The notes under the pieces are model-generated. The model worked only from the letters and a program-made list of their open reading frames with translations, did not search any database and was not told where the DNA came from. The translations under genes and the position numbers were made by a program. A stretch of 64,000 nucleotides of DNA from Nitrospirota bacterium. GTDB taxonomy: Bacteria; Nitrospirota; Nitrospiria; Nitrospirales; Nitrospiraceae. The stretch is taken from assembly GCA_963703955.1 (NCBI GenBank), contig CAVPGK010000018.1, positions 1 through 64,000 on the forward strand, in the 5' to 3' direction. Below, piece after piece: positions 32,817 through 42,566 of this stretch (the first letter of the stretch is position 1; the number at the start of each line of letters is the position of its first letter).

Positions 32817-33950
32817 TTGGGTAGTGGGAGGGCAGTGGTGGCGATTGGGGGATATGCGACGGTTGAGGGGACGCGGCGGTACCGCGAGCGGATGATCGCG
32901 AAGGGACTCACTCATGAGGAGCATTTCCGGGAAGACCTGGGCGGATTGGCGCTGTCGTCGATCGGGCTGGGGACGTACCTGGGCGGGCACGATGCGAAGA
33001 CGGACGCCTTGTACTTGGAGGCGATCAAGCAGGCGGTCGTGACCGGCTGCAACGTGGTCGACAGCGCGATCAACTATCGGTGCCAGCGGAGCGAGCGCGT
33101 GATCGGGCACGCGATCGGCGAGCTGGTGCGCGAGGGCACCATCGCACGCGACGAAGTTCTTATCGCCACAAAAGGGGGATTCATTCCTTACGACGGCGCG
33201 CCTCCGCGCGACAACTATGCCTATTTTCAGAAGACCTTCGTCATGCCCGGGATCATTACCACCAACGATGTGGTCGCGGAGTGCCACTGTATGACCCCAG
33301 CCTATCTGCGGCATCAGCTGGATGCCAGTCTCGCCAACCTCGGGCTGTCCTGTCTAGACGTCTACTACGTGCACAACCCGGAGACTCAGCTCGATCATGT
33401 GTCAGAGGCCGAGTTTATCAAACGAATGCGAGAGGCGTTTACGGTTCTTGAGGACGCGGTGGCTCAAGGAAAACTCCGCATGTACGGAACCGCCACGTGG
33501 AACGGGTTCCGAGCTCAACACGGCTCCCGTGATCATCTCTCGTTGGATACTCTTGTCGCCCTGGCCGGTGAAGTCGCCGGGAAGGATCATCATTTCAAGG
33601 TCATTCAGTTACCGTATAACCTTGGCATGCCGGAAGCGTTGGCGCAGCAAACCCAAACACTGAACGGCGCGAACGTTAGCGTGTTGGAAGCGGCCAAGGC
33701 GCTCGACGTATACGTGATGGCCAGCGCGACCATGCTTCAAGGGCAACTCAGCGACGACTTGCCCGATGACCTGCGTCAGGTGCTCGGCGAGAAGACCGAT
33801 GCCCAGCGTTCGATCCAGTTCGTCCGCTCCACTCCGGGGTTGGGGACGGCCCTCATCGGGATGAAACAAGCGAACCATGTTCGTGACAACCTCGCGGTGG
33901 CCGCACGGGCTCCCTTACGCCCCGAGCAGTTTGCGAAGCTCTTCAAGTAA
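32817..33950 (+). CDS. Aldo/keto reductase
   Basis: SSIGLGTY, VDSAINY, IATKGG, LDVYYVHNPE, IQLPYN; start may lie a few codons downstream. Confidence 0.9.
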   Translation: MGSGRAVVAIGGYATVEGTRRYRERMIAKGLTHEEHFREDLGGLALSSIGLGTYLGGHDAKTDALYLEAIKQAVVTGCNVVDSAINYRCQRSERVIGHAIGELVREGTIARDEVLIATKGGFIPYDGAPPRDNYAYFQKTFVMPGIITTNDVVAECHCMTPAYLRHQLDASLANLGLSCLDVYYVHNPETQLDHVSEAEFIKRMREAFTVLEDAVAQGKLRMYGTATWNGFRAQHGSRDHLSLDTLVALAGEVAGKDHHFKVIQLPYNLGMPEALAQQTQTLNGANVSVLEAAKALDVYVMASATMLQGQLSDDLPDDLRQVLGEKTDAQRSIQFVRSTPGLGTALIGMKQANHVRDNLAVAARAPLRPEQFAKLFK

Positions 33951-35015
33951 TGCCGACTCAGCGGCGCACCCAACAGCCCACGGCGGTCCGTAGCTTTGAT
34001 CAGTTGCGGGACATGATCGCCGCGTACCGGCTGCCGCGTATTCTCTTGACCGCTCTTGATCTGGATCTGTTCACGGTTCTCGATCATCGGGCCTGGACCG
34101 TCGCCTCCCTGGCGAAGAAGTTACGCGTCAACCTGCGTGGGTTGGACATTCTCTGTCGGAATCTGGCAAGCGCCGGCGTGTTGATCAAGCGCGCCAATCG
34201 ATATCGCAATGGAACAGTAGCGGCGACGATGCTGAACGCTCGGAGCGAGGACTACCGAGGGGGCTACATCGCGTTGATCCGCGATCAGTGGACTGATTGG
34301 GCGAAATTGACGGCATCGGTTCGATCCGGTCGTCCCGTTAACGGGAGCAATGATCCCAATGATCCGGAATACCGGAAACAATTTAGCTGGGCGATGCACC
34401 ACCGGTCGCTGGATGTGGCGCCTCAGGTGGCCGCCCAGCTTCACCTGAAGGGCGCCCAAACCCTATTGGATTTGGGAGGTGGACCGGGCACCTATGCGCT
34501 TGAATTTCTGAAACGGAATCCGGCGCTGCACGCGACCGTTGCCGACCGGGCGCCGGCTCTGGAGGTAGCGAAAGAAATCGCCACCAAGGTAAAGCATGGC
34601 CTGAGGTTGTCCTATCTTCCATCTTGATTTCATTAAGCGATCTATTCCTGGGCAGTATGATGTCATTTGGTTTTCCAACGTGCTGCACATTTACTCGACG
34701 GCTGAGAACAAGGCCTTGTTTCGCAAGATAGCCTCGGCGCTCGCGCCAGGCGGCCGGCTGCTGATCCAGGATGCCTTCTTGCTGGATAAGCAGGGGCTGT
34801 ATCCGCACGAAGCCAATCTGTTTGCGATGACAATGTTGTTGTTCACCGAGCAGGGCAACACGTACCGCGCTGATGAAGCGACTCGATGGCTCCGCGATGC
34901 CGGCTTCCAACGGGTCAGACGAATCACCTTGCGGAATGGGACGGGGGACTGGGAGGGCGGCCTGCTTGAGGCGACGCTGCCGAAGAAACGTCAAGGAACC
35001 CACTTCCGCCGATGA
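33950..35015 (+). CDS. SAM-dependent O-methyltransferase (family 2), indel near 34620
   Basis: N-terminal dimerisation helices, LLDLGGGPGTY, SNVLHIY, LAPGGRLLIQD. Confidence 0.88.
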
Positions 35016-35337
35016 GGATGAGCAGGAAGTTGAGTAGCCCGGTGATTCCGCTCATGATCACGGTTTGCCGCGCATCCGATCGCGTCAGGTCCTGAACGAC
35101 CGTTGCGATATCCAGCGCCAGGCCCACCGTGCCGTACATGACTCCGACCATCAGAGCCCAGCGCTTACCCGCCAGAAGCAATCCAGCCAGCACGATGGGA
35201 ACGGCGAATAGGAACGCGTGCCAGACTACGCGGTTGATCCATGACCCGCCGGTAGTTTCTTCGCCGATCATACGCGCGACGACCGCCATTCCCAGGAGGA
35301 TCAGCAACACCAGAATCATCTTTCGCTCAGAGGTCAT
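34924..35337 (-). CDS. Hypothetical membrane protein
   Basis: Four hydrophobic segments; 3' end overlaps the convergent methyltransferase. Confidence 0.65.
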   Translation of the reverse strand: MTSERKMILVLLILLGMAVVARMIGEETTGGSWINRVVWHAFLFAVPIVLAGLLLAGKRWALMVGVMYGTVGLALDIATVVQDLTRSDARQTVIMSGITGLLNFLLILIGGSGFLDVSSAASPQAGRPPSPPSHSAR

Positions 35338-35348
35338 GCACCCTCTTG

Positions 35349-35666
35349 CTATCTCAGTGCTTGGAGGAGGGCTCTGAGTTCCGGGACAAGATCCACACCG
35401 CCTGAAGACCGGCCCGAGAGAGCCGCGTCGATGCCGGCCTGAACAACGGGTCCGGCCTCCTCTTTGAGCCCAAGGGCCAGCAAGGCTCGGCCTAACGCGA
35501 GATGGGAAGCTACGTGGGTCGGATCGAGCTTGACGGCCACACGCAAATGCTCCGCCGCTTCGGCCGGATCGCCGCCTTCCTGCAAGATCTTATTGCCGAG
35601 CCCGTACCGGCCAAGAAACCCGTTGGGATTCTTAGCCACCATCTGACGAAAGGCCGTGATATCCAT
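35349..35666 (-). CDS. Small TPR-like protein
   Basis: NPNGFLGRYGLG, AVKLDPTHVASHLALGRAL; AGGAGAG RBS. Confidence 0.8.
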   Translation of the reverse strand: MDITAFRQMVAKNPNGFLGRYGLGNKILQEGGDPAEAAEHLRVAVKLDPTHVASHLALGRALLALGLKEEAGPVVQAGIDAALSGRSSGGVDLVPELRALLQALR

Positions 35667-35817
35667 ACACTCTCCTGATGAAGCTATCGCAATGATCGCG
35701 AGTCTAGCACCGAGGAGGGCTCCTCAGCCAGCGTCGTGCGGTTATGGGAGGGTGGCCTTCAATTGCGCCTGACCCGGAGGTGGTGTTAGGCTGTCGTCGA
35801 ATGAGTACGCCAGACTG

Positions 35818-36258
35818 ATGGCACACGACACGAACCAAATTCCAACGGACCGTATCCTCATTTACGATAGTCAATGCCGCTTCTGTGTGACCGCAAAGGA
35901 AGGGTTGGAGCGCGCGGGAAATCACGAGGGCGTGCGCTTTGTTCCCTATCAGAGTGAGGAAGCCGCCTGCCGCCTTGGCGAGGACTATCAACCCGGCCGC
36001 CCTGCCGTTGCCTTTCTGGTTGATCAGGACGGAACGATCAGCCGTGGGCTCGAGGCCTTTCTTCCGCTCCTTCCTGGCCTGCGGGGCGGGCGTGCGCTCC
36101 AGGCACTGATGAAGCTTCCATTTATCAAACCGTTGGGGTATGTGGCGTATCGTCTTGTGGCCCGCTACCGCTATCGCTGGTTTGGTCAGGTGTCGGTCTC
36201 CAAAAGCGATCAGCCCGCGGGACAGGATCAGCGCGGATATGGTCGTGCGTCGCGCTGA
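35818..36258 (+). CDS. DCC1-like thiol-disulfide oxidoreductase (DUF393)
   Basis: LIYDSQCRFC (DxxCxxC) and C-terminal YRLVARYRYRWFG. Confidence 0.88.
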   Translation: MAHDTNQIPTDRILIYDSQCRFCVTAKEGLERAGNHEGVRFVPYQSEEAACRLGEDYQPGRPAVAFLVDQDGTISRGLEAFLPLLPGLRGGRALQALMKLPFIKPLGYVAYRLVARYRYRWFGQVSVSKSDQPAGQDQRGYGRASR

Positions 36259-36289
36259 GAAGGAGAAGAAGACCAGTACGGATGAAGAG

Positions 36290-37708
36290 TCACATGATCT
36301 TTTGGTTCAGGCTCTCCGCCCAACGACGTTGGAAGTCGTCATAGGAAATGAAGACACGATCCTGAAAGGCGAGGGCGAAGGGTTGGCCCGTCGCCATCTT
36401 GTCAAGGACGTCACGAACCCTGTCCATGCCGAATCGATCGATGAAATACCGCGTCGCCGAATTGCCTTCAAGGTAGGCAACCATTGCCTGGGATTCTGAT
36501 AGCCCAGTCCAGGCTCCCTCCAAATGGGTCAGATTGACCAGGGTGATTTCCCCTCGAACCAAAGCTGGAATATCGGGCAGAGGGTCGCCCGCGACTTGCA
36601 TGGCGAGACCTTCGTTCAGCCATTGAGGAATAGCCCGACGCCCACTCATCCACTCGTCCAGCACAGCATGCACGTATTCGTGACGCACCACCCGAGTCAA
36701 CCAGGCTTGATCTGTGAGGGCGCCCTGGGTCGGGATCCTAATACGCCCCAAACTCGGGTCGTACAGCCCATCGGACCAAACGGGGCCTCCGGCCGCGTCG
36801 CGAAACTGCTCCCGGGTATGCAAGACGACAAGAATCGGTTTCCTGGGGAAATGGCCGAGTTGCCTGCCGACATCTCGATACGCTTCTTCCAGGATCTCCA
36901 GCACGCGGGTCCAGACGGCGTGGTCCTCGCCTCCGTCGTACTTCACCGTAAAATGCGCGCTGTCACGAGCGACGAACGTCTGCTCCGCTCGTTTGGCTTT
37001 GTCGATGTATGCGATGTACTCCTTCAAGTAGGCCTGGGCTTTCGGAGATTCCGACATCCGTTCTTTCGCGTGTTCGAGATGCGTGGTGGCGCTCGAGAGG
37101 TCGTCCTTCTCGATCGACTGCTCCGCCAGAATGATATGAGGCATCGGATCCCGTGGTGCGAGCCGCATGACTTCGTCGAGCATGGAGGAGGTCAAGGCCG
37201 GGTCCTTCAGTTCCCAATAGGCCAGCACCAGGTTTAGATAGGCAGGCGCGTTGCGCGGATTCATGCCGACCGCGGTTTTGTAGGCCGAGACTCCGGCAAC
37301 CGCGCCGAAGGTCTTGGTTTGTCCGACTCCCAAGTTATTCCAGAGCGTCGCGGCATTCATCCGTACAGCCGGATCGGACAGAGCTTTGGGCGAAAGTGCG
37401 CGTAGCTTTGTTTCAGCCTCAGTATATCTGCCTTGCCCGATCAACTGATGAATCTCATTCAGAGTGAAGGAGGACGGCGAGTTCGGAATCCGTACTGATT
37501 GTGGCACGGTGACATCGGAAGCGAGTTGAGCTCGCTCCGTCGCAATAGACGTAATGGGAGATCCACTTGATTGATTGATGGGTGCCGTTGGAGCCAGGCC
37601 CTTTCTCGGCTTGGAGAAAATCGGAAACCCGGCGAGCAGGGCAACCAAAAAGACGAGCAAAAAAATCACATTTCGGATCGAACCGCGTTCATTCCGGTGC
37701 GGGTGCAT
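36290..37708 (-). CDS. TPR + peptidase MA-family (gluzincin) metallopeptidase
   Basis: N-terminal TM, TPR-like helices, HEYVH...PQWLNEGLA. Confidence 0.85.
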   Translation of the reverse strand: MHPHRNERGSIRNVIFLLVFLVALLAGFPIFSKPRKGLAPTAPINQSSGSPITSIATERAQLASDVTVPQSVRIPNSPSSFTLNEIHQLIGQGRYTEAETKLRALSPKALSDPAVRMNAATLWNNLGVGQTKTFGAVAGVSAYKTAVGMNPRNAPAYLNLVLAYWELKDPALTSSMLDEVMRLAPRDPMPHIILAEQSIEKDDLSSATTHLEHAKERMSESPKAQAYLKEYIAYIDKAKRAEQTFVARDSAHFTVKYDGGEDHAVWTRVLEILEEAYRDVGRQLGHFPRKPILVVLHTREQFRDAAGGPVWSDGLYDPSLGRIRIPTQGALTDQAWLTRVVRHEYVHAVLDEWMSGRRAIPQWLNEGLAMQVAGDPLPDIPALVRGEITLVNLTHLEGAWTGLSESQAMVAYLEGNSATRYFIDRFGMDRVRDVLDKMATGQPFALAFQDRVFISYDDFQRRWAESLNQKIM

Positions 37709-37813
37709 CGAGAAGATTCCCCCGTTCCTGACCCGGCCAAGTCGCTCATCACAAAGAGTATTGCTGGAAGTAAGAATAGCAGGTCCCGATAAAATCGTAT
37801 GACGGCGCGAGTG

Positions 37814-38275
37814 TTATTGAGCGAGAACGGCAAGGAGGAATTGCCTGGCCTCAGCATAAATTCCGGGGTAGGTGGACTCGCGAGGCCCGGCGACATTTAG
37901 AATATGGATTTCCTCGTGGTCTGCCCAGGAGTGTACGGGGGCGGTGTGGGGGTGAGTTGCGAGGTCGAGAACCAAGCAGGGTTTTTTCAGGCGGGAGGCG
38001 ACTTCGATTGTGAATGCGGTTCCTCCTGTGGGTTGGCCTTTCGTAAGGATGAGGGTGCCATCGGAGTCGCGGACATTCCATTCAGTACGCTGCGGATACT
38101 CTTCGGTCGGCGTTTCCTGAAGCGGATAGCGAATCGCGATCACGCCATCTTCGGCCAGCCGGCCTTTGGGACACCAGCCGCCACAGGGCAACTTGAGTTC
38201 TATTGCGACGTCGAGCGCCGCTCGGTCCACGCCAGTTTGAGCACCCGACACAATCTTGGTGAAGATCGGGGGCAC
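37814..38275 (-). CDS. SLOG-superfamily 'putative molybdenum carrier' protein
   Basis: KIVSGAQTGVDRAALD, GGWCPKGRLAEDG, RTEWNVRDSDGTL, LNVAGPRES. Confidence 0.88.
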   Translation of the reverse strand: MPPIFTKIVSGAQTGVDRAALDVAIELKLPCGGWCPKGRLAEDGVIAIRYPLQETPTEEYPQRTEWNVRDSDGTLILTKGQPTGGTAFTIEVASRLKKPCLVLDLATHPHTAPVHSWADHEEIHILNVAGPRESTYPGIYAEARQFLLAVLAQ

Positions 38276-38280
38276 GTGGG

Positions 38281-40398
38281 TCAGGTCAAATCCAATCCAA
38301 GTAGGTAGTCGTTCAGCTCTCGTTTCTGCTCCTCTTCAGTGGTCTTCAAGGATTCAATCTCTTTTCGCCACTTATCGATCTCGGTTTCTTGTTGATCGAG
38401 TTTCTTGACGTACCGGGCATACAGGTCAGAATTTTGAGGCAGCTTGCCCATGTTCTCCCGAATGCGGGTCTGCTCTTGCGTGATCTCCCGAATGCGTTGT
38501 TCAAGACCGGTTCGGCGGCCGGTGGTCTGTCCGAGGCGGTCACGCAGCGAGGTGACCCGTTGCAAGGCTTCCTTGACTTTCGGACTGATCTGTTTGGCTT
38601 GGAGATAATAGGCGATCACGTCCGAGCCGGAACTGATGAGCTGAACGGTTTGGCGGATCTGCTTTTCTTCTCGAACGCGAAGTGAGACGGATTTCCCTGC
38701 ATCGACCGGGACGGAAAAGCGATAGACGTCGCGGGTGCGCTCGGCCGGTTGGCTGGGTCCGGTCAATTGCCAGTCTGATCGGAAGGGGTGTTCAATCAGC
38801 ACGACCTTATTCCGTTGGTCTCGATTTCTGATCTGATAGGTTTTCTCCTCCATCACTTTTTCCGTCGCCGTCAGCACGCCCTTGCGAAGGTTGACGGACA
38901 CGAGTTCTTGCTGCGCGGCCTCAGTCTTGGGCTCCACTTCGGTTTTCAGGTCCAGGGCATAGCTGATCAGCCGATCCTGGCCCGGGGCCAGGTCTTCGAT
39001 GCGGGCGTCGCCGGCATAGGCGCTGTCGTCAAAAACCGTCATGGGGCCCTGCATCAGGTAGAACGGGGTCGTGTTCTTCAGGCGAAAGCCATTGAGCGGG
39101 TGCTTGGCATGACCGGTCTGGTTATAGATGGAAACCTTCTCCCCTTCGACTGTTTGGCCGATGATGGGAAGCATCGCCGACGTCTCACGTCGCAGAGTCA
39201 CGGGTGTCTGCATGAGGTATTCAAACAGCTCACCGGTCGCATGCCCTTGGGCGTCGGACAGGACACCCTCTTGGAGATTGATCTGGGCCTTTGCTTCGGG
39301 AGCGGCTGGGGCCGCAGCCGCCCGGTTGCCCAGCATGGTTTCTCGTTTGGCCTTGGCCAGCCCACGGGCTTCCTTCCCAGCCTCGGCCATAGGTTTCTCG
39401 GTCTCTGGGGCGCGCGCTTCCTCAACGGCCCGCTCGTCCATGGATTCGCCGTATACCCGTGGCCGTAAGGAGGCATACAATTCCGGGGTCACCACCGGAC
39501 GGGTCGCATAGAGCGGCTGATAAAGATCCATGGTGAAGGAAATGGGACGGCCTGAGACGAGGGACAGATGCACCTGGGACCAATCGACCTCCGTGCTGTT
39601 TTCCACGATCGCCCAGCCTTGCAGAAATGAGGGACAATCGTCTTCCAGAACTAGGCGGTACGCCGTCTTCCAGACCGGCGTCTCGATGATGTAGGCGACC
39701 CGGACGTTTCTGATTCCGTCGCCGTTAAAGGTAATGGAGACGGCTTTCTTCTGGGTATCGTGACCTGCGGCGAGCACCGAGAGGGCCTGCTGCAGGTCCT
39801 GGTTAAGTCGATCATTCAGCAATTTAATTCGCTGGATCTGTGCTAACGGAATGGATCGAAGGCCGTCCTCAGTCAGCACGTTCAGGTACTCCACTTGGAC
39901 CACCGGGCGGCGCAGATCCTCCACGGTCCCGACGGCCTCTTCCTTCTTTTCCACACCGACGATGATCCCAATGACCGTGTTGGGAGTGGTGACCTCAATC
40001 CGCTCACCGCGAATTTGATCAAGCATCTGCCCGAGACCGGGGTTGCCGGTAAGATTGATTCCGAAGCCGGCCAATGTCTTTGTGATCGGATCTCGGGAGC
40101 CATAGGTGACGGTGGAGACCTGGCCGCCGCTCAAATCCTGAACGACCATGCTCTTGAGAAGATCGTTGACCTGATCCGTTTTGAACCTGAGATCAATGCG
40201 TGCGCGGCCATGAACGAGGCCCTCGTGTTGGAAGTAACCCACGCCGCTCGAATAGAGCACAACCTTGGACAGCGGCAACGTGGCTTGTTCTGCCGAAGAG
40301 GGCGGCGTCGCGCCCTCTCCCTTGGACATCTCAGGCAGGGCAAGAACGCTGCCGGACAGAATCACCAAGATGCCGAGGAGCGCGATCAGAATCTTCAT
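38281..40398 (-). CDS. Secreted DUF4139-domain protein
   Basis: Signal peptide; VVLYSSGVGYF, NDLLKS, PVWKTAYRL, LQGWAIVEN; C-terminal coiled coil. Confidence 0.8.
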   Translation of the reverse strand: MKILIALLGILVILSGSVLALPEMSKGEGATPPSSAEQATLPLSKVVLYSSGVGYFQHEGLVHGRARIDLRFKTDQVNDLLKSMVVQDLSGGQVSTVTYGSRDPITKTLAGFGINLTGNPGLGQMLDQIRGERIEVTTPNTVIGIIVGVEKKEEAVGTVEDLRRPVVQVEYLNVLTEDGLRSIPLAQIQRIKLLNDRLNQDLQQALSVLAAGHDTQKKAVSITFNGDGIRNVRVAYIIETPVWKTAYRLVLEDDCPSFLQGWAIVENSTEVDWSQVHLSLVSGRPISFTMDLYQPLYATRPVVTPELYASLRPRVYGESMDERAVEEARAPETEKPMAEAGKEARGLAKAKRETMLGNRAAAAPAAPEAKAQINLQEGVLSDAQGHATGELFEYLMQTPVTLRRETSAMLPIIGQTVEGEKVSIYNQTGHAKHPLNGFRLKNTTPFYLMQGPMTVFDDSAYAGDARIEDLAPGQDRLISYALDLKTEVEPKTEAAQQELVSVNLRKGVLTATEKVMEEKTYQIRNRDQRNKVVLIEHPFRSDWQLTGPSQPAERTRDVYRFSVPVDAGKSVSLRVREEKQIRQTVQLISSGSDVIAYYLQAKQISPKVKEALQRVTSLRDRLGQTTGRRTGLEQRIREITQEQTRIRENMGKLPQNSDLYARYVKKLDQQETEIDKWRKEIESLKTTEEEQKRELNDYLLGLDLT

Positions 40399-40500
40399 GA
40401 TGGTCCTCCTTGACCGGGCACAGATGATGGCGGATGATGACGAGCGGTGGTCGGTGTCCTCCTCGCCATGCAGTATAATCGCTCGCGCGAGCCGCTCACA

Positions 40501-41151
40501 ATGCCGGCCTGGTTTTTCATTGCTCGTTCGACAGACGTCCGGCGCTCGTTCGGGGTCATTTGCGTCTGTCTCCTCCTCGGTATCGCAAGTATCGTCCTAC
40601 CGGCGGCAACAGCCGCGCAATCAGGGAATCGAGAATCGGAGGAGTCACCCTACGGGCTGGACACCGTTTCCGATGGTCAACGGTTGTCGCGAGACGGCGA
40701 TCGACTGTTGAAAGAAGGTCGTGAACGGGACGCGGCGCACAAGTACCTCGCGGCGCACGAAAAATTTCAAAACCTGCTGCTTCATTATTTCGAGCAGGCG
40801 TTTCGCTCCAGCCTGGGTGGCCTGCCTGCCGACGAAGACGCCCTCACAAAGGCCAGCACCGAAGTGGCGGCTCTTCGCAATCTGAATCTATCCAAGCTCT
40901 GGGTTGTCCTGGACCCGGAGGACCGGGCATTCGAGCAGGGACTCGAAACCGAGAGGGCGGCGCTGGTTCAACGGTTTCATGAGTTTCTGAGTCCACCTTC
41001 GGCGGAGCCGCTGGACCGGTTTCTCCATCGGCTCTACCCTGATGACCCGTCAGGCGATCGGCAGATGGAGGCGCTGCGCGGAGGAAGCCTACCGTCTTCC
41101 AAACGGTGGACTCGCCTTGGGATAGACGTCCCACGAACCCATTCGAACTGA
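40501..41151 (+). CDS. Hypothetical exported protein
   Basis: Hydrophobic N-terminal segment then helical domain. Confidence 0.55.
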   Translation: MPAWFFIARSTDVRRSFGVICVCLLLGIASIVLPAATAAQSGNRESEESPYGLDTVSDGQRLSRDGDRLLKEGRERDAAHKYLAAHEKFQNLLLHYFEQAFRSSLGGLPADEDALTKASTEVAALRNLNLSKLWVVLDPEDRAFEQGLETERAALVQRFHEFLSPPSAEPLDRFLHRLYPDDPSGDRQMEALRGGSLPSSKRWTRLGIDVPRTHSN

Positions 41152-41182
41152 GATCCCCGGCGCGCTCACGCCATCTTTCGCC

Positions 41183-41212
41183 TTGACAAGACTTCGAACG
41201 CTCCCCTAGAGT
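41183..41212 (+). promoter_or_regulatory. Sigma70-type promoter of the btuFCD leader
   Basis: TTGACA-18 nt-TAGAGT immediately upstream of the riboswitch. Confidence 0.65.
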
Positions 41213-41225
41213 TGCCTACACATAC

Positions 41226-41409
41226 GCTCGGGTGTAGGGAAGAGGGTGTCAGTCCCTCGCGGTCCCGCCGCTGTGACTGGGACGAAACCCGCAGACGCCA
41301 CTGTTCTACCCCCTCCCTTCCCTCCCCCTTGAAGGGGGAGGGAGGGTGGGGGAGAGATGGGAAGGCGCGGGGAGTAGGGCGAACCAGAAGCCAGAAGACC
41401 TGCCCGGGC
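41226..41409 (+). promoter_or_regulatory. Cobalamin riboswitch 1
   Basis: AGGGAAgagGGTG...CGGTCCCGCCGCTGTGA...GCCACTG...GGGAAGGC...AGCCAGAAGACCTGCC (B12 box); upstream of a B12 ABC transporter. Confidence 0.93.
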
Positions 41410-41498
41410 AAGGAGCCGGCCAACGATCCTTCGGTCGGGCTCCACGACCATCTTTCTCTCGTGGGCTGGAGAAAGGGTGAGGGTGAAGAAGCGGGTGC

Positions 41499-41538
41499 AA
41501 TCCTCAAGGTCTGTCTGGCCTTGAGGATTTTTTATTTT
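41499..41538 (+). terminator. Intrinsic terminator in the riboswitch 1 expression platform
   Basis: AATCCTCAAGG...CCTTGAGGATT followed by TTTTATTTT. Confidence 0.85.
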
Positions 41539-42559
41539 GAAAGCTCAGAGCGAACAGCGAGCGGCGAACCGCAGGAAAGCGTCTGTGGTGATTCGCTATG
41601 CACTATTCGCTGTTGGCTACGTGCTGATGATGTGCCCCGCGCAGGGTGATGACACGGGACCTCCTTCCATGAAGCGACGACAGCAAGGCATCCTCACCGG
41701 TATGCCGTTCATGGCGAATCTGGCGTCGCGGACGTTCGTGGACGATTTGGGCCGGAAGATCTACCTGTCGAAACCCCCTACCCGCGTCGTGTCTTTGGCG
41801 CCAAGCATTACCGAAACCCTATTCGCGATCGGACTCGGTGAGCGAGTGGTCGGAGTCACGCAATTTTGCGACTATCCACCGGAGGCGCGGACCAAGCCCA
41901 AGGTTGGATACATGCATCCAAATGTTGAATCAATTGTTGCCTTGCAACCAGACCTCGTATTGGCGCCGCGGGAGTTCATTCGCCCAGACATCCTCGGCAA
42001 ACTCGAACAATTGAAGATTCCCGCGTTCATTCTGGACGCGAAGACAGCGGAAGACATTCCCTCGCACATCCAGACGATCGGCCGGATGCTCGATCATACC
42101 GGGCCGGCGAATCAGACGGCTATGGCGCTCAGGCAGCGTCTGGCGGAGTTGCGGACCAAAATTGAAGCGCTGCCGCGCCCTCGCGTGCTCTATGTGCTCA
42201 ACAGCCAGCCTCTTATCACTGTGGGACCAGGCAGCTTTCTCCATCACCTGATCGAACTGGCCGGCGGCGCCAACGTGGCGGCCCGGGCGAAGGCGCCCTA
42301 TCCACGTCTGAACATGGAGGAGGTCATCAAGGAAGACCCGGAGTTGATCGTGTTTCCGGGGGGCGGAGCCGAGGGCATCCCGGAGCCCGAGCGCCAACTC
42401 TGGCAGCGATGGACAACGATCTCCGCGGTCAGGCATCGGCGGTTTCATGAAGTGCCGAGCGATCTGCTGAACCGACCTGGGCCTCGTATCGTGCAAGGAT
42501 TGGAACGTCTCGCACGAATCATTCACCCGGAAGCATTTACCGACTCCCTGACTCCCTGA
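41537..42559 (+). CDS. btuF: Cobalamin ABC transporter substrate-binding protein (start uncertain, perhaps 41588)
   Basis: RVVSLAPSITETLFAIG, VGVTQFCDYP, LNRPGPRI. Confidence 0.9.
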   Translation: MKAQSEQRAANRRKASVVIRYALFAVGYVLMMCPAQGDDTGPPSMKRRQQGILTGMPFMANLASRTFVDDLGRKIYLSKPPTRVVSLAPSITETLFAIGLGERVVGVTQFCDYPPEARTKPKVGYMHPNVESIVALQPDLVLAPREFIRPDILGKLEQLKIPAFILDAKTAEDIPSHIQTIGRMLDHTGPANQTAMALRQRLAELRTKIEALPRPRVLYVLNSQPLITVGPGSFLHHLIELAGGANVAARAKAPYPRLNMEEVIKEDPELIVFPGGGAEGIPEPERQLWQRWTTISAVRHRRFHEVPSDLLNRPGPRIVQGLERLARIIHPEAFTDSLTP

Positions 42560-42566
42560 ATCTGTG

